From Octopus sinensis (taxonomy: Eukaryota): a DNA stretch of 64,000 nt. Positions 63,640 to 64,000 of the stretch are shown one piece after another. The DNA is taken from contig NC_043019.1 of the NCBI RefSeq assembly GCF_006345805.1, positions 11,035,360 to 11,099,359 on the forward strand. Direction: 5' to 3'. The notes beneath the pieces were generated by a model, which was given only the letters and a program-made list of their open reading frames with translations, was not told where the DNA came from and ran no database searches. The position numbers were made by a program, and so were the translations under genes. Numbering within the stretch: position 1 is the stretch's first letter; the number at the start of each line of letters is the position of its first letter.

Positions 63640-63895
63640 TTATCATTATTATTTATTGTCTTTGCACAGCTTCTATTGCTGGAGATGTACTATGGTGCCA
63701 GCTGTTCTCTACCAGTGAACTGAAGTAACCCCCCTTATGTTTTGAGCACCATCCAGAGTATTCAAGCAGTTCCAAGCAGTGTTGTTCTCTGCAAGTGCTC
63801 CACCCTTATTGCAGCCCCTGTTTCTTCCATGTACTTCTCAATATTTTTACTCACTGTTCCTAGGGCTCCGACAATTACTGGTACTACTGCCACCT
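63640..63895 (-). mobile_element. Dong/R4-like RLE LINE 3' fragment
   Basis: VPVIVGALGTVSKNIEKYMEETGAAIRVEHLQRTTLLGTA*IL, with a short (AAT) tail. Confidence 0.7.
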
Positions 63896-63901
63896 TTTTC
63901 A

Positions 63902-64000
63902 TCGACCACAGAAATACTGGAAGCGATGAAGAGTTGCACAAGAGGTAGATCGCCGGGTTTGGATGGTCTGCCCTACGAGTTTTATACTTCGATGCCAGAC
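63902..64000 (+). mobile_element. L1/Tx1-like LINE ORF2 fragment (start of the RT domain), running off the window
   Basis: STTEILEAMKSCTRGRSPGLDGLPYEFYTSMPD matches the (K/R)SPGxDGxPxEFY motif. Confidence 0.75.

Overview
AT-rich, repeat-dense eukaryotic DNA. The SINE families and (TA)n/(TACA)n/(GAT)n microsatellites look like those of Octopus, which is an inference from repeat motifs. The one protein-coding gene I can support is a stathmin-family gene on the minus strand. Its six coding exons (28337-28346, 20944-21104, 16318-16509, 14685-14825, 11461-11613, 10559-10645) have GT-AG introns with compatible phases and give a 247-aa protein with extra tandem tubulin-binding repeats. The gene also has a candidate Cys-containing cassette exon (25423-25527), a ~2.4 kb 3' UTR, a candidate CRE plus triple-CCAAT promoter near 36.6 kb, and an intronic hairpin with A-C mismatches. 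The rest is mostly transposon debris: three tRNA-derived SINE families, RTE, Dong/R4-like, HERO-like, CR1-like, L1/Tx1-like and Penelope-like fragments, a Gypsy pol fragment, piggyBac-type MITEs, a foldback MITE and a non-autonomous Helitron. There is a 100-N gap at 59915-60014. The most unusual item is a candidate hammerhead ribozyme at 62595-62669 (minus strand) whose three core strands occur in a non-circularly permuted, pseudoknotted order, near other hammerhead-like motifs. Almost all ORFs in the supplied track are microsatellite or repeat artefacts. All calls were made by eye, with no database searches.
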